Below are positions 8,290 through 17,079 of a stretch of 32,000 bases of DNA, in pieces. The position numbers and the translations under genes are program-made. The DNA is taken from contig NC_010296.1 in assembly GCF_000010625.1 (NCBI RefSeq), positions 2,250,001-2,282,000 of the forward strand, in the 5' to 3' direction. This DNA is from Microcystis aeruginosa NIES-843. GTDB lineage: Bacteria; Cyanobacteriota; Cyanobacteriia; Cyanobacteriales; Microcystaceae. The notes under the pieces are model-generated. The model was not told the DNA's origin. It ran no database searches and worked only from the letters and a program-made list of their open reading frames with translations. The stretch's first letter is position 1. Every line of letters begins with the position of its first letter.

Positions 8290-9065
8290 TATAGTTTAAG
8301 AGTCATAATTAGAAGCAAAGCACTCATTGAAAACATGATTAACCTAGAATTCACCGAAGAAGAAAAGAACTCACTGTATTATGAAAGATTTCATCATCCT
8401 CATCCCCGGGTTCAACTTAAAATGGAAGTTCTTTGGTTAAAGAGTCAAAAGATACCGCACCAAAAAATTTGTCAGTTAGCAGGAATCTCGCCAAATACCT
8501 TATTAACTTATCTTCGAGATTATCAAGAAGGCGGAATAGAAAAATAAAAAGAAATCAACTTCTATCGCCCTAAAAGTGAATGAGAGTCTCAAAGAGAAAC
8601 GCTCAAAAAATATTTCGATAAAAATCCACCAGCCACAATAAATGAAGCTGTATACAGAAGAGAAGAATTGACAGGAATAAAAAGAAGTCCCACCCAAGTA
8701 AGGAAATTCTTGAAATCAATGGGAATGAAATGTATAAAAGTAGGTTCTCTTCCTTCTAAAGCTGACCGGGATGAACAAGAAGACTACAAAGAAAAAAAGC
8801 TAGAACCAAGACTAAATGAGGCGAAAGAAGGAAAAAGGGCTGTTTTTTTTTGTTGATGCCGCTCACTTTGTTATGGGAGCTTTTCTCGGTTTTGTTTGGT
8901 GTTTTGAGAGACTTTTCGTTAAGTCACCGAGCGGGCGTAAACGCTTCAATGTTTTAGGAGCATTAAATGCGATAACTCATGAAGTTATTATGGTAACATA
9001 TGACACTTATATTACAGCAGCTCAAGTCTGTGAACTTCTTAAAAAAATAGCTGCTTTAGGAATAA

Positions 9066-10660
9066 GGGACTTCCAAAAAATAAACTATTCATGCTCAAGA
9101 ATAATAATCATTCTCGGAGTGTAGGAGGTAGGGGTCGATGGTTGCCTCCTCCTTCCAATTTTGTAGTAGAATTAATCCTGTACATTATTAATCAAGTTTT
9201 TCTTTGTAAGTGTATATGGAATTAACTGATTCCCTCAAGAAATTGCTCAGTGAAACTGCACTTCAATTAAAAGGTGCAGCTAAAAGAAGATTCATGGCCC
9301 AAACAGTCTTAGAATTAGGCTATGGGGGACAAACCCTTGCTGCACAGGAGTTAGGCTGGAATCGAACTACTATTCGTAAAGGAATTAAAGAACTAAAAAG
9401 AGGTATTATTTGTGTTGATAATCATTCAGCTAAGGGGCGGAAAAAAGCAGAAGAACATTTACCTTTTCTATTGGAAAACATCAAAAGTTTAGTGGATTCT
9501 CAAAGCCAAACTGACCCAAGTTTTAAAAGCCAAAGGCTTTATGTGAGACTGAGTGCGGCCGAAGTCCGAAAGCAATTAATCTCTAAATATGGGTACAGTG
9601 ATGAGGATTTACCGAGCGAGGAAACTATTCGGGTTAAATTAAATAACTTAGGTTATCGTCTGAAAAGAGTCGCTAAAGTTTTACCTCAAAAAAAATTCCA
9701 GAAACCGAGGCAATCTTTGAGGAATTAGCTAACATTAATCGGGAAGCGGATGAAGACCCTACGATGTTACGTCTTAGTTTGGATGCCAAAGCCCGTGTTA
9801 ATATTGGACTATTTGATCGAGGAGGTAAGAATAGAATAACTGTCGAAACAAACGATCATGATTTTAATCCGAAAACAACCCTAACCCCTTACGGAATATT
9901 TATTCCAGAATTTGATGAGTTGTTTTTGTATTTCACTGCCTCCACAGTCACCAGTGACTTTATTGTTGATATATTAGAAGATTTCTGGGAGTCGGAAAAA
10001 TCTCGTTTTGAGAAAATTAAAACTTTGATAATTAATCAAGATAATGGACCAGAAAATAATTCGAGACGAACTCAGTTCATGAAACGTATAGTTGAGTTTT
10101 CCCAAAAATATCAAGTTAATATACGTTTAGCTTACTATCCCCCTTACCATAGTAAATATAATCCTATTGAACGAACCTGGGCTGTGTTAGAAAACCCTTG
10201 GAATGGGAGTATTTTAGATGAAATCGAAACGGCTTTGAAATTCGCCCAAACTATGACTTGGAAAGGAAAACACCCGATTGTTAAGTTGATTACTGAAACT
10301 TATGAAAAAGGAGTAAAGCTTACTAAAAAAGCCATGGAAAAAATCGAAGAAAAAATCGAACGTCTCACAGAATCAACGAATCAAGACTTTCCCGATTTGG
10401 GACAATGGTTTATTGATATCTATTATGATAAGACCTAGTTTGTAGTTAACTAAGATGGTTAGCTAAAAACTGTCTTTGATTCTTTAACTTGTCCTTGTTA
10501 TACTCGAAAAAGCTCGGAAGTATAAGAGTTTGTGCTGCCTATTTTTTCGGAAAAATAGGTTGTAATGGGAGACTCTTTGTTTTCCTAGACAAAAATAATT
10601 ACTTTTTCAAAAAAACACTTTTCTATTTTTTTGTTGGGTATTTTATTCTCTGGAAGTCCC
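9066..10660 (+). mobile_element. ISAzo13-like insertion sequence nested inside the IS630 transposase gene
   Basis: The TIRs are GGGACTTCCAAAAAATAAACTATTC and GGGACTTCCAGAGAATAAAATACCC (reverse complement of the right end). A 3-bp TAA duplication sits at 9063-9065 and 10661-10663. Removing the element plus one TAA restores the IS630 reading frame (KKIAALGI-TIPITLVLDNARYQ). Confidence 0.85.
9210..10438 (+). CDS. ISAzo13-family (Rhodopirellula-type DDE) transposase in two frames joined by a -1 shift at an A8 run
   Basis: ORF 9210-9728 (frame 0) and ORF 9764-10438 (frame 2) carry the family's LSLDAKARVNIG and YYPPYHSKYNPIERTW motifs. Reading ...PQKK then slipping -1 in AAAAAAAA (9688-9695) gives the continuous sequence IPETEAIFEELANINREADEDPTMLRLSLDAK. 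Confidence 0.7.
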
Positions 10661-10983
10661 TAACTATTCCCATCACTCTAGTATTAGATAATGCCCGCTA
10701 TCAAAAATGTAAAATTGTTGAAGAATTGGCTCTTTCTTTGTCAATAGAGCTACTCTATTTGCCGTCTTATTCGCCTAATCTAAATTTAATTGAAAGGCTG
10801 TGGAAATTTGTCAAAAAGAAATGTTTGTATGGTAAATATTATGAAAACTTTTCCGACTTTTCTTCAGCTATTTATGAATGTCTGAATGATGCCCATCTGA
10901 AACATAAAAAAGAACTGGATTCCTTGCTCACTCTACGATTTCAGAAGTTTAATAAATCTCAGATTATGAACGTCTAAAGTATA

Positions 10984-11150
10984 GCTAGTACCGCACAAAG
11001 CTTTTGGAGGTCATTACGGGTTGTTCCTTGATTGGACCGCCAATAACGAACACAAGAATTACGCACAAACTGAGAAGTTTTGATAGCTTCATCAAGCTGG
11101 TGATATTGCTCTGGTGTTCCGTTTTTTAACTTGGCTTCTACGACTAGCAT
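10984..11150 (-). pseudogene. tnpB: N-terminal 55 codons of the IS200/IS605-family tnpB, cut by the IS630 insertion
   Basis: Minus-strand translation from the ATG at 11150 gives MLVVEAKLKNGTPEQYHQLDEAIKTSQFVRNSCVRYWRSNQGTTRNDLQKLCAVLA. This is the characteristic cyanobacterial TnpB N-terminus (MLVxExKLxG..EQYxxLDEAIRTxQFVRN). Confidence 0.75.
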
Positions 11151-11314
11151 TGATTAATCCTCGACCATTGGATAGTTTAATGATAACACAGTTTACCCAT
11201 AGATGGTAGTATTAAAATCGTGCTTCGCAGTTAATATCCTGGTCGGATTTCATCCCCCGCAAAGGTTGATGTCTTGTCGAAAAATTTAGCGGGGGCATTC
11301 ATCCGACATTTTAG

Positions 11315-11827
11315 GTAAAGGTTAAGCCGTCATCACTACTTCTGAATCAGCACCGCAACGGGAAAGAAAGACGAGAGACTTGGTTATTTAAAACCAAAGA
11401 TGGGTTTCAATTATGGAAACACAACTGGACTCCAATCGTCAGACATACCCTAGTACGCCCCGACGCTTCACCTTATGACGGAAATTGGACTTACTGGGCG
11501 AGCAGACGAGGACAAGCAATCGACACACTGACGAGAGTAGCCAAACTACTTAAGAAGCAACAAGGCAAGTGTAACCGATGTGGGCAGTATTTCACCCCAT
11601 CGGATTTAATTGAAGTTGACCACATTCACCCTCTAAGCTTAGGCGGAAAGGATGAATATAAAAACCTTCAATTACTACACCGCCACTGTCACGATGAAAA
11701 ATCGGCATCTAATGGAAGCCTAGAATCATCTGATTTGACATCTTTGGCGGAATTTGTCAATCTAGATGATACAGGGTCAACCAAAAGAAGTCAAGCTGTA
11801 TCCTTAACAAGGGAACAGTCGAACTAG
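11315..11827 (+). pseudogene. C-terminal relic of a group II intron-encoded protein (end of maturase/X region, DNA-binding region and HNH endonuclease domain); the RT domain is missing
   Basis: A start-less 170-codon open frame reads ...GFQLWKHNWTPIVRHTLVRPDASPYDGNWTYWASRRG...RVAKLLKKQQGKCNRCGQYFTPSDLIEVDHIHPLSLGGKDEYKNLQLLHRHCHDEKSA. It lies immediately upstream of intron domains V and VI. Confidence 0.8.
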
Positions 11828-11904
11828 GAGCCGTGTGAGGTGAAAGTCTCATGCACGGTTCTGAATGGGAGGGGAGGTCGGTGACGACCTTCTCGACCCC
11901 TAAT
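11828..11904 (+). ncRNA. group II intron domain V (11828-11861) and domain VI, up to the putative 3' splice site
   Basis: GAGCCGTGTGAGGTGAAAGTCTCATGCACGGTTC is a canonical 34-nt domain V, with the AGC triad, a GAAA tetraloop and a 2-nt bulge. It is followed by the hairpin GGGAGGGGAGGTCG-GTGA-CGACCTTCTCGACCCC and a terminal TAAT. Confidence 0.8.
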
Positions 11905-11911
11905 ATCCTAA

Positions 11912-13615
11912 TTGCGAGGAAAGCCTATCGATACCATCTTCGGCAATACCCAGGGACTGAAAGCCAGTCAGATGAAACAGCTACAAAGGCTGTACCATGA
12001 ACGCTTGCCTATTGATACTCTCACCACCCCAGAATTCGCCCAAAGACTGGCGGCTATCAGTACCGATATCCATCAACCCCTCTGCACCTATATCAACCGT
12101 CGCGGCCAGGTAATTCGTGTGGGAGTGGGAACCCCCCGACAAACCCAGTTTTCTCTCTTGGAACTACCCCGCTACGGTTCCGAACGTCTTTGCGGAATTC
12201 GTTGCATCGCCACGGAAATCAAGCAGGAACCGCCAAAAGAATCCAGTTTAACCGCCATGGCTTTGCAAAGATTAGACGCACTGGTGATCTTAACATTAAC
12301 CGGTACAGGCATGATCCGTCGCGGTGGTGGGGCGACCGGTTATGTGGAGCAAGTCTATCTGGCGCATCTTATACCACAAAGTCAAACAAATGTCAATAGT
12401 AATATATACTGGTCTGTCTCCCCTCCCTTAAATCTAGAGGATTTAAGCAAACAGGACTTTTTAGAGTTAGTGGAAGGACTAGAGGCGGAGTTTCAGCGAG
12501 AATTTACCGCTATAACCGTTGATACAGCCGAAGATCGGGTGCTATTGGTTGGTTTAATCACCGACGGTATGAGCGATCGCCAGTTCGAGGACGGTTTAAG
12601 CGAATTAGAACGTTTAGTTGATACCGCCGGGGGCAAAGTTTTGCAAGTCACCCGACAAAAACGGGATCATCCCCATCCTCAAACAGTGATCGGTTCGGGA
12701 AAAGTGGCAGAAATCGCCCTACAGGTGCAAACTTCGGGGGCTAATTTAGTTGTATTCAATCGCGACCTTTCTCCCGCCCAAATTCGCAATCTAGAGAACC
12801 AAATCGGGGTGAGAGTGGTCGATCGCACCGAGGTGATCCTGGATATTTTCGCCCAACGGGCCCAATCCCAAGCGGGTAAACTACAGGTAGAATTAGCCCA
12901 ATTAGAATACACTTTACCCCGTCTCACCGGGCGCGGATTAGCCATGTCGAGATTAGGGGGAGGAATTGGCACTCGCGGACCGGGGGAGACAAAATTAGAA
13001 ACAGAACGCCGAACTATTCAACGTCGTTTATCCCGTCTCCAGGATGAGGTGGATCAACTGCAAGCTCATCGTTCCCGTTTACGCAAACAACGGCAAAAAC
13101 AAGATGTAGCCAGTGTGGCGATCGTCGGTTACACCAATGCGGGAAAATCTACTTTAATTAATGCTCTCACCGCTGCCGAAGTTTATACCGCCGATCAACT
13201 GTTTGCTACCCTCGATCCCACCACCCGACGCTTAACTATTACCGATCCCCTCAGCCAAGTCTCTCACACCCTTTTACTAACTGATACGGTGGGTTTTATC
13301 CATGAATTACCCCCCTCGCTGGTGGATGCTTTTCGGGCAACTTTAGAGGAAGTAACGGAAGCAGAAGCATTACTCCATCTGGTGGATCTGTCCCATCCAG
13401 CTTGGGAAAGTCAGATTGCCTCGGTATTAAAAATCCTCTCGGAGATGCCGATTCAAACCGGTCCGATGTTAATGGTGTTTAATAAGTTGGATCAGGTAAA
13501 AAGCGAGGATTTGGAAATAGCTAAGGAAAAATACCCCCAAGCTGTTTTTATCTCGGCTATTCGTCGGCTAGGATTGGAAACTTTAAAACAAAAGTTAATC
13601 GATTTAACCGCTTAA
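11912..13615 (+). CDS. hflX: GTPase HflX
   Basis: The N-terminus has the HflX motif GNTQGLKASQMKQLQRLY. The GTPase motifs GYTNAGKSTL (G1), DTVGF (G3) and NKLD (G4) are present. The start is uncertain; TTG at 11912 is the only start upstream of the conserved N-terminal motif. Confidence 0.9.
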   Translation: MRGKPIDTIFGNTQGLKASQMKQLQRLYHERLPIDTLTTPEFAQRLAAISTDIHQPLCTYINRRGQVIRVGVGTPRQTQFSLLELPRYGSERLCGIRCIATEIKQEPPKESSLTAMALQRLDALVILTLTGTGMIRRGGGATGYVEQVYLAHLIPQSQTNVNSNIYWSVSPPLNLEDLSKQDFLELVEGLEAEFQREFTAITVDTAEDRVLLVGLITDGMSDRQFEDGLSELERLVDTAGGKVLQVTRQKRDHPHPQTVIGSGKVAEIALQVQTSGANLVVFNRDLSPAQIRNLENQIGVRVVDRTEVILDIFAQRAQSQAGKLQVELAQLEYTLPRLTGRGLAMSRLGGGIGTRGPGETKLETERRTIQRRLSRLQDEVDQLQAHRSRLRKQRQKQDVASVAIVGYTNAGKSTLINALTAAEVYTADQLFATLDPTTRRLTITDPLSQVSHTLLLTDTVGFIHELPPSLVDAFRATLEEVTEAEALLHLVDLSHPAWESQIASVLKILSEMPIQTGPMLMVFNKLDQVKSEDLEIAKEKYPQAVFISAIRRLGLETLKQKLIDLTA

Positions 13616-13696
13616 GTATAGCAGTAAGCTGTCAGTATTCAGGAGACAGGACACAGGAGTTAGGAGTCAGTATTCAGGAGATTATTTTTATTTATT

Positions 13697-13760
13697 CTTC
13701 CCACTTCCTAATTCCCACTTCCTAATTCCTAATTCCTAATTCCCACTTCCCACTCTCCCA
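13697..13760. repeat. tandem CTTCCTAATTCCCA / CTAATTC-type short repeats
   Basis: Read directly: cttcccacttcctaattcccacttcctaattcctaattcctaattcccacttcccactc. Confidence 0.85.
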
Positions 13761-13915
13761 TACCTTTTAAACAGGATTTTGTATCAGTTATTCAGTTATA
13801 CTAAATCTGTTGAGTATAGGCTACTTGTGAGGACAGGCAAAAGGCAAGAGGCAAAAGGCAAAAGGGGGAATAAATAATCAGTTTTTAATAACCGGATTTA
13901 TTATTATTATAACTA

Positions 13916-14818
13916 TCATCTATTAGCGCCAAGATAAATTAACTCGGTATCGGGAAGCTTACCAAAGATTTTTTCGGAATAGTGTAAAAGCTCATCATTT
14001 TTGATTAACTTCAAAAACTCGTCATTGTCAAGAAATAGTTTCCAGCGATTAGTCACATCCATCTGTTGAGCATTGCCAGTAAAGTTCTGCTGTTCAAAGG
14101 AACTGCCACCACCATAACTACTAACATAATTTAAGCCAGCATCAGAAAACTCTAGATTAAGAGCGGCGGAAATTTTCTGGCGATAACTAATATCAGAAAA
14201 CCATAGATTGTAATTAATCACAACCTTGTTATTGCTTAGATAGCTAGTTTCTTCAAGGAATTCTTTGGCGTATTCAATCCACATATCAGTCAGAGACATT
14301 CCTTTTGTCTTGACAGATAAAAATCCCTTTTTCAAACGACTGGCAATCAGATTAAACGGATCTCTGAGTAAAAGTACATCATACCTATGACTGGTTTTCC
14401 CTACATAAAGATCATGTTTTTTTTCATATTTTGGCTCAGTTATTTTGGCAATACTATGATCTTCGTAGCTATACAAAAAACAGTTTTTAGTCTTGAAATT
14501 ACCCCAAGCTTCCTCTCGAAAACCTTTGTGGGGGAAGTGTAGATGAAAATGCCTAAAAGGACTGGTACTAACATTGACACTATTCAGAAAATAATGGTCT
14601 TGTTCTTGCGCTCTAATCCAATTTAACACCGCATGATTACCACTACGTTTCAAACCGATAAAACGAATTTCTCTTTGATTGATGACTTTTTCTAGTTGAT
14701 CTTTTTGAGTTAGAGTACGCCAGAAATCCCAGGCATCATAGACTAAATCACGCTTGACTTTTCTTAAGTTATATAGTGAATACTTGGCTGGTTTTGAACG
14801 CTCATTTATCTGACTCAT
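13916..14818 (-). CDS. hypothetical protein with sulfotransferase-like motifs
   Basis: 300-aa ORF, 28 nt downstream of and co-directional with the DegT-family gene. IGLKRSGNHAVLNWI resembles a 5'-PSB loop and LLLRDPFNLIASRL resembles the RDPxxxxxS 3'-PB motif of PAPS-dependent sulfotransferases. It is more AT-rich than its neighbours by eye. Confidence 0.45.
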   Translation of the reverse strand: MSQINERSKPAKYSLYNLRKVKRDLVYDAWDFWRTLTQKDQLEKVINQREIRFIGLKRSGNHAVLNWIRAQEQDHYFLNSVNVSTSPFRHFHLHFPHKGFREEAWGNFKTKNCFLYSYEDHSIAKITEPKYEKKHDLYVGKTSHRYDVLLLRDPFNLIASRLKKGFLSVKTKGMSLTDMWIEYAKEFLEETSYLSNNKVVINYNLWFSDISYRQKISAALNLEFSDAGLNYVSSYGGGSSFEQQNFTGNAQQMDVTNRWKLFLDNDEFLKLIKNDELLHYSEKIFGKLPDTELIYLGANR

Positions 14819-14846
14819 TAGTTCAATCCTCGGCTAAATCATCAAT

Positions 14847-15959
14847 TTAAAAACTATGCAAACAATCTTTCAGCGCATAGGCTACCTGTTGTTGTTCCTC
14901 GCAGCTTAAATCGGGGAACATAGGTAAAGATAACACTTTTTCACTGGCCAATTCAGCCACGGGTAAATCGCCTTTTTTATAGCCTAAATACTGATAAACC
15001 GGCTGTAAATGCAGAGGAATCGGATAATAAACCATGGATAGGACATCTTTTTCCTGCAAAGCCGCCCGAATTTGGTCACGATTTTCCGTTAGGATTGTGT
15101 ACTGATTCCAAACGTGCTTACCTCCGGCTAAAGCGGCAGGTAAAGTGATATTAGGCAAAGGTTGCAGTAATTCCCGATAACGTTGGGCAATCTCGATCCG
15201 TTGATTATTCCAAAAATCGAGATATTTCAGCTTAATTTGCAAAATAACCGCTTGAATGGCATCTAAGCGGCTATTGACACCGATTACCTCATGGAGATAA
15301 CGCTCCTTGCTGCCGTGTTCTTTAATCATGCGAATTTGTGCCGCTAACTCGGGGTTATTGGTGGTAATTGCGCCACCATCGCCACAACCGCCTAAATTTT
15401 TGGTGGGAAAGAAGCTAAAACAGCCAATATCGCCGATACTCCCCACTTTCTGCCCATGCCATTCTGCTCCCGTTGCTTGAGCGCAATCCTCAATCACCAA
15501 TAAATTATGGGAACGAGCGAAATTTACCACCTCAGACATATTGACAGATTGCCCAAAAAGGTGTACTGGGATAATCGCTTTAGTCTGGGGAGTAATCGCT
15601 TTTTCCAACAGTGCCACATCGAGGTTAAAAGTATTGATATCGATATCGACAAAAACCGGTGCTGCCCCGACTAAATTAATCGCTTCGGCGGTGGCAATAA
15701 ACGAAAAAGTAGAAGTAATTACTTCATCCCCCGCTTGAATACCGAGGGAGCGCAGTGCCAGATAAAGGGCATCGGTTCCCGAATTACAGGCGACACAATC
15801 GCTAACACCGTGATAGAGGGCAAATTGTCGTTCTAATTCGCTCACAGCTTCGCCACCAATATAGCGCCCAGAACGGAGGATTTCTAAAACGGCATGGTTA
15901 GCTTCTTCGCTGATGACTTGGTATTGACGGGATAAATCGACGGGGGGAATTTTACTCAC
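14847..15959 (-). CDS. DegT/DnrJ/EryC1/StrS-family PLP-dependent sugar aminotransferase
   Basis: The N-terminus has PPVDLSRQY, followed by NSGTDALYLAL. FSFFPTKNLGGCGDGG carries the PLP lysine, and SRLDAIQA is present. 370 aa. Confidence 0.9.
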   Translation of the reverse strand: MSKIPPVDLSRQYQVISEEANHAVLEILRSGRYIGGEAVSELERQFALYHGVSDCVACNSGTDALYLALRSLGIQAGDEVITSTFSFIATAEAINLVGAAPVFVDIDINTFNLDVALLEKAITPQTKAIIPVHLFGQSVNMSEVVNFARSHNLLVIEDCAQATGAEWHGQKVGSIGDIGCFSFFPTKNLGGCGDGGAITTNNPELAAQIRMIKEHGSKERYLHEVIGVNSRLDAIQAVILQIKLKYLDFWNNQRIEIAQRYRELLQPLPNITLPAALAGGKHVWNQYTILTENRDQIRAALQEKDVLSMVYYPIPLHLQPVYQYLGYKKGDLPVAELASEKVLSLPMFPDLSCEEQQQVAYALKDCLHSF

Positions 15960-16187
15960 GCGCTTTCACTCAAATTAGAGACTAATCGGGATTTGTCGGC
16001 GAAAAGAAGGAATAACGAAGGCAGGAGGCAGGAGGCAGTTTTTGTAACGGGGCATAAATCCCCTTTACAAAAACTTTTCGCCTTAAGGCGAGGTTTTAGA
16101 GCCGATTTTTTTGATAATTAGTCAAAAATAATTATAAACTTGCTATTTATAGATGAAGTATCCTTGTAATTTGTTTCTTTTATTTTT

Positions 16188-16964
16188 ATGGATGGATTAG
16201 TAGAACTAAATCTGGTGGATTTGGGTTGGGCTTTGGGGATGATGGGCATTTGTTTACTCCTCTCCCGTTGGTCAAATTTAGCTCTAGAGGGACAATTATT
16301 ATTAGCGACCGGTCGATCGATCCTGCAATTATTAGTGGTAGGCTACGTTATCGCCGTTATTTTTTCCCTTGATAATCCTCTAGCTGTGCTGGGGATTTTG
16401 GCAGTAATGATGACTATCGCGACTATTGTTGCTAAAAATCGCATTGATAGCCGAGATCAAGGCTTATTACCCCTAGTTTTCGGCTCTTTATTGATTAGTA
16501 GCTGTCTAACTTTAGGTTATGCGATCGCCTTAATTATTCAACCAGAACAATGGTACTCACCCCAATACTTGATTCCCTTGACGGGGATGGTGTTAGGGCA
16601 AGCGATGAATAGTGCCTCTTTAGCCGGGGAAAGATTAAGCAGTACGATTAAAAGTCACCGTTTGGAAATCGAAACCCATCTTTGTTTGGGGGCAACCCCG
16701 CAACAAGCGATCACAGCTTACCAAAAAGAAGCGATTCGAGCTAGTTTAATCCCCACCCTCAATCAGATGATGGTAGTGGGTTTAGTCAGTTTACCCGGAA
16801 TGTTCACCGGACAGGTATTGGCAGGAAGTGAACCTTTAAACGCCGCTTCCTACCAGATACTGATCCTGTTTATGATTGCCCTAGCTAACCTAATCACCGC
16901 TCAATTGGTGACAGAGGGAATCTATCGGCGCTTTTTCGGTGAGAATTTATCACTGATCAGTTAA
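16188..16964 (+). CDS. UPF0014/YbbM (FetB-like) ABC-type permease
   Basis: 258-aa polytopic membrane protein. The length and motifs (GRSILQLLVVGY, LTGMVLGQAMNS, MVVGLVSLPGMFTGQVLAG) match the FetB/YbbM family as I remember it. No partner ATPase lies adjacent. Confidence 0.65.
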   Translation: MDGLVELNLVDLGWALGMMGICLLLSRWSNLALEGQLLLATGRSILQLLVVGYVIAVIFSLDNPLAVLGILAVMMTIATIVAKNRIDSRDQGLLPLVFGSLLISSCLTLGYAIALIIQPEQWYSPQYLIPLTGMVLGQAMNSASLAGERLSSTIKSHRLEIETHLCLGATPQQAITAYQKEAIRASLIPTLNQMMVVGLVSLPGMFTGQVLAGSEPLNAASYQILILFMIALANLITAQLVTEGIYRRFFGENLSLIS

Positions 16965-17009
16965 CAGTTATCAGTTAACAGTTATCAGTTATTAGTTATT
17001 AGTTATCAC
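16958..17009. repeat. heptamer tandem array CAGTTAT/CAGTTAA/TAGTTAT
   Basis: Read directly: cagttaacagttatcagttaacagttatcagttattagttattagttatcac. The array begins inside the last codons of the preceding gene, whose TAA stop (16962-16964) is part of the first unit. Confidence 0.9.
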
Positions 17010-17079
17010 TGGCCACTAACCACTCCTGACTCCTAATTAACGCCCACTGTTCACTGATTACTGTTTACTGATAACTGAT

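Larger units (their letters stand above)
8335..10977 (+). pseudogene. IS630-family DDE transposase, multiply disrupted
   Basis: The N-terminal HTH region (ISPNTLLTYLRDYQEGGIEK) and C-terminal LDNARYQK...LPSYSPNLNLIERLWKFVK are recognisable. Damage includes in-frame TAA (8545-8547) and TGA (8581-8583), a +1 frameshift in a T9 run (8843-8851), and a 1595-bp IS insertion at 9066-10660. Confidence 0.85.
8292..10981 (+). mobile_element. IS630-family insertion sequence (dead copy) flanked by a TA target duplication
   Basis: Imperfect ~25-bp TIRs are present: TAGTTTAAGAGTCATAATTAGAAG on the left and TACTTTAGACGTTCATAATCTGAG as the reverse complement of the right end. TA sits at 8290-8291 and at 10982-10983. 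The element interrupts the tnpB relic. Confidence 0.8.

Noticed and set aside
10489-10663. N-terminal part of ORF 10489-10977 (MSLLYSKKLGSIRVC...).
   Set aside because: These codons read through the right end of the nested ISAzo13-like element. Only the part from about 10664 onward is genuine IS630 transposase sequence.
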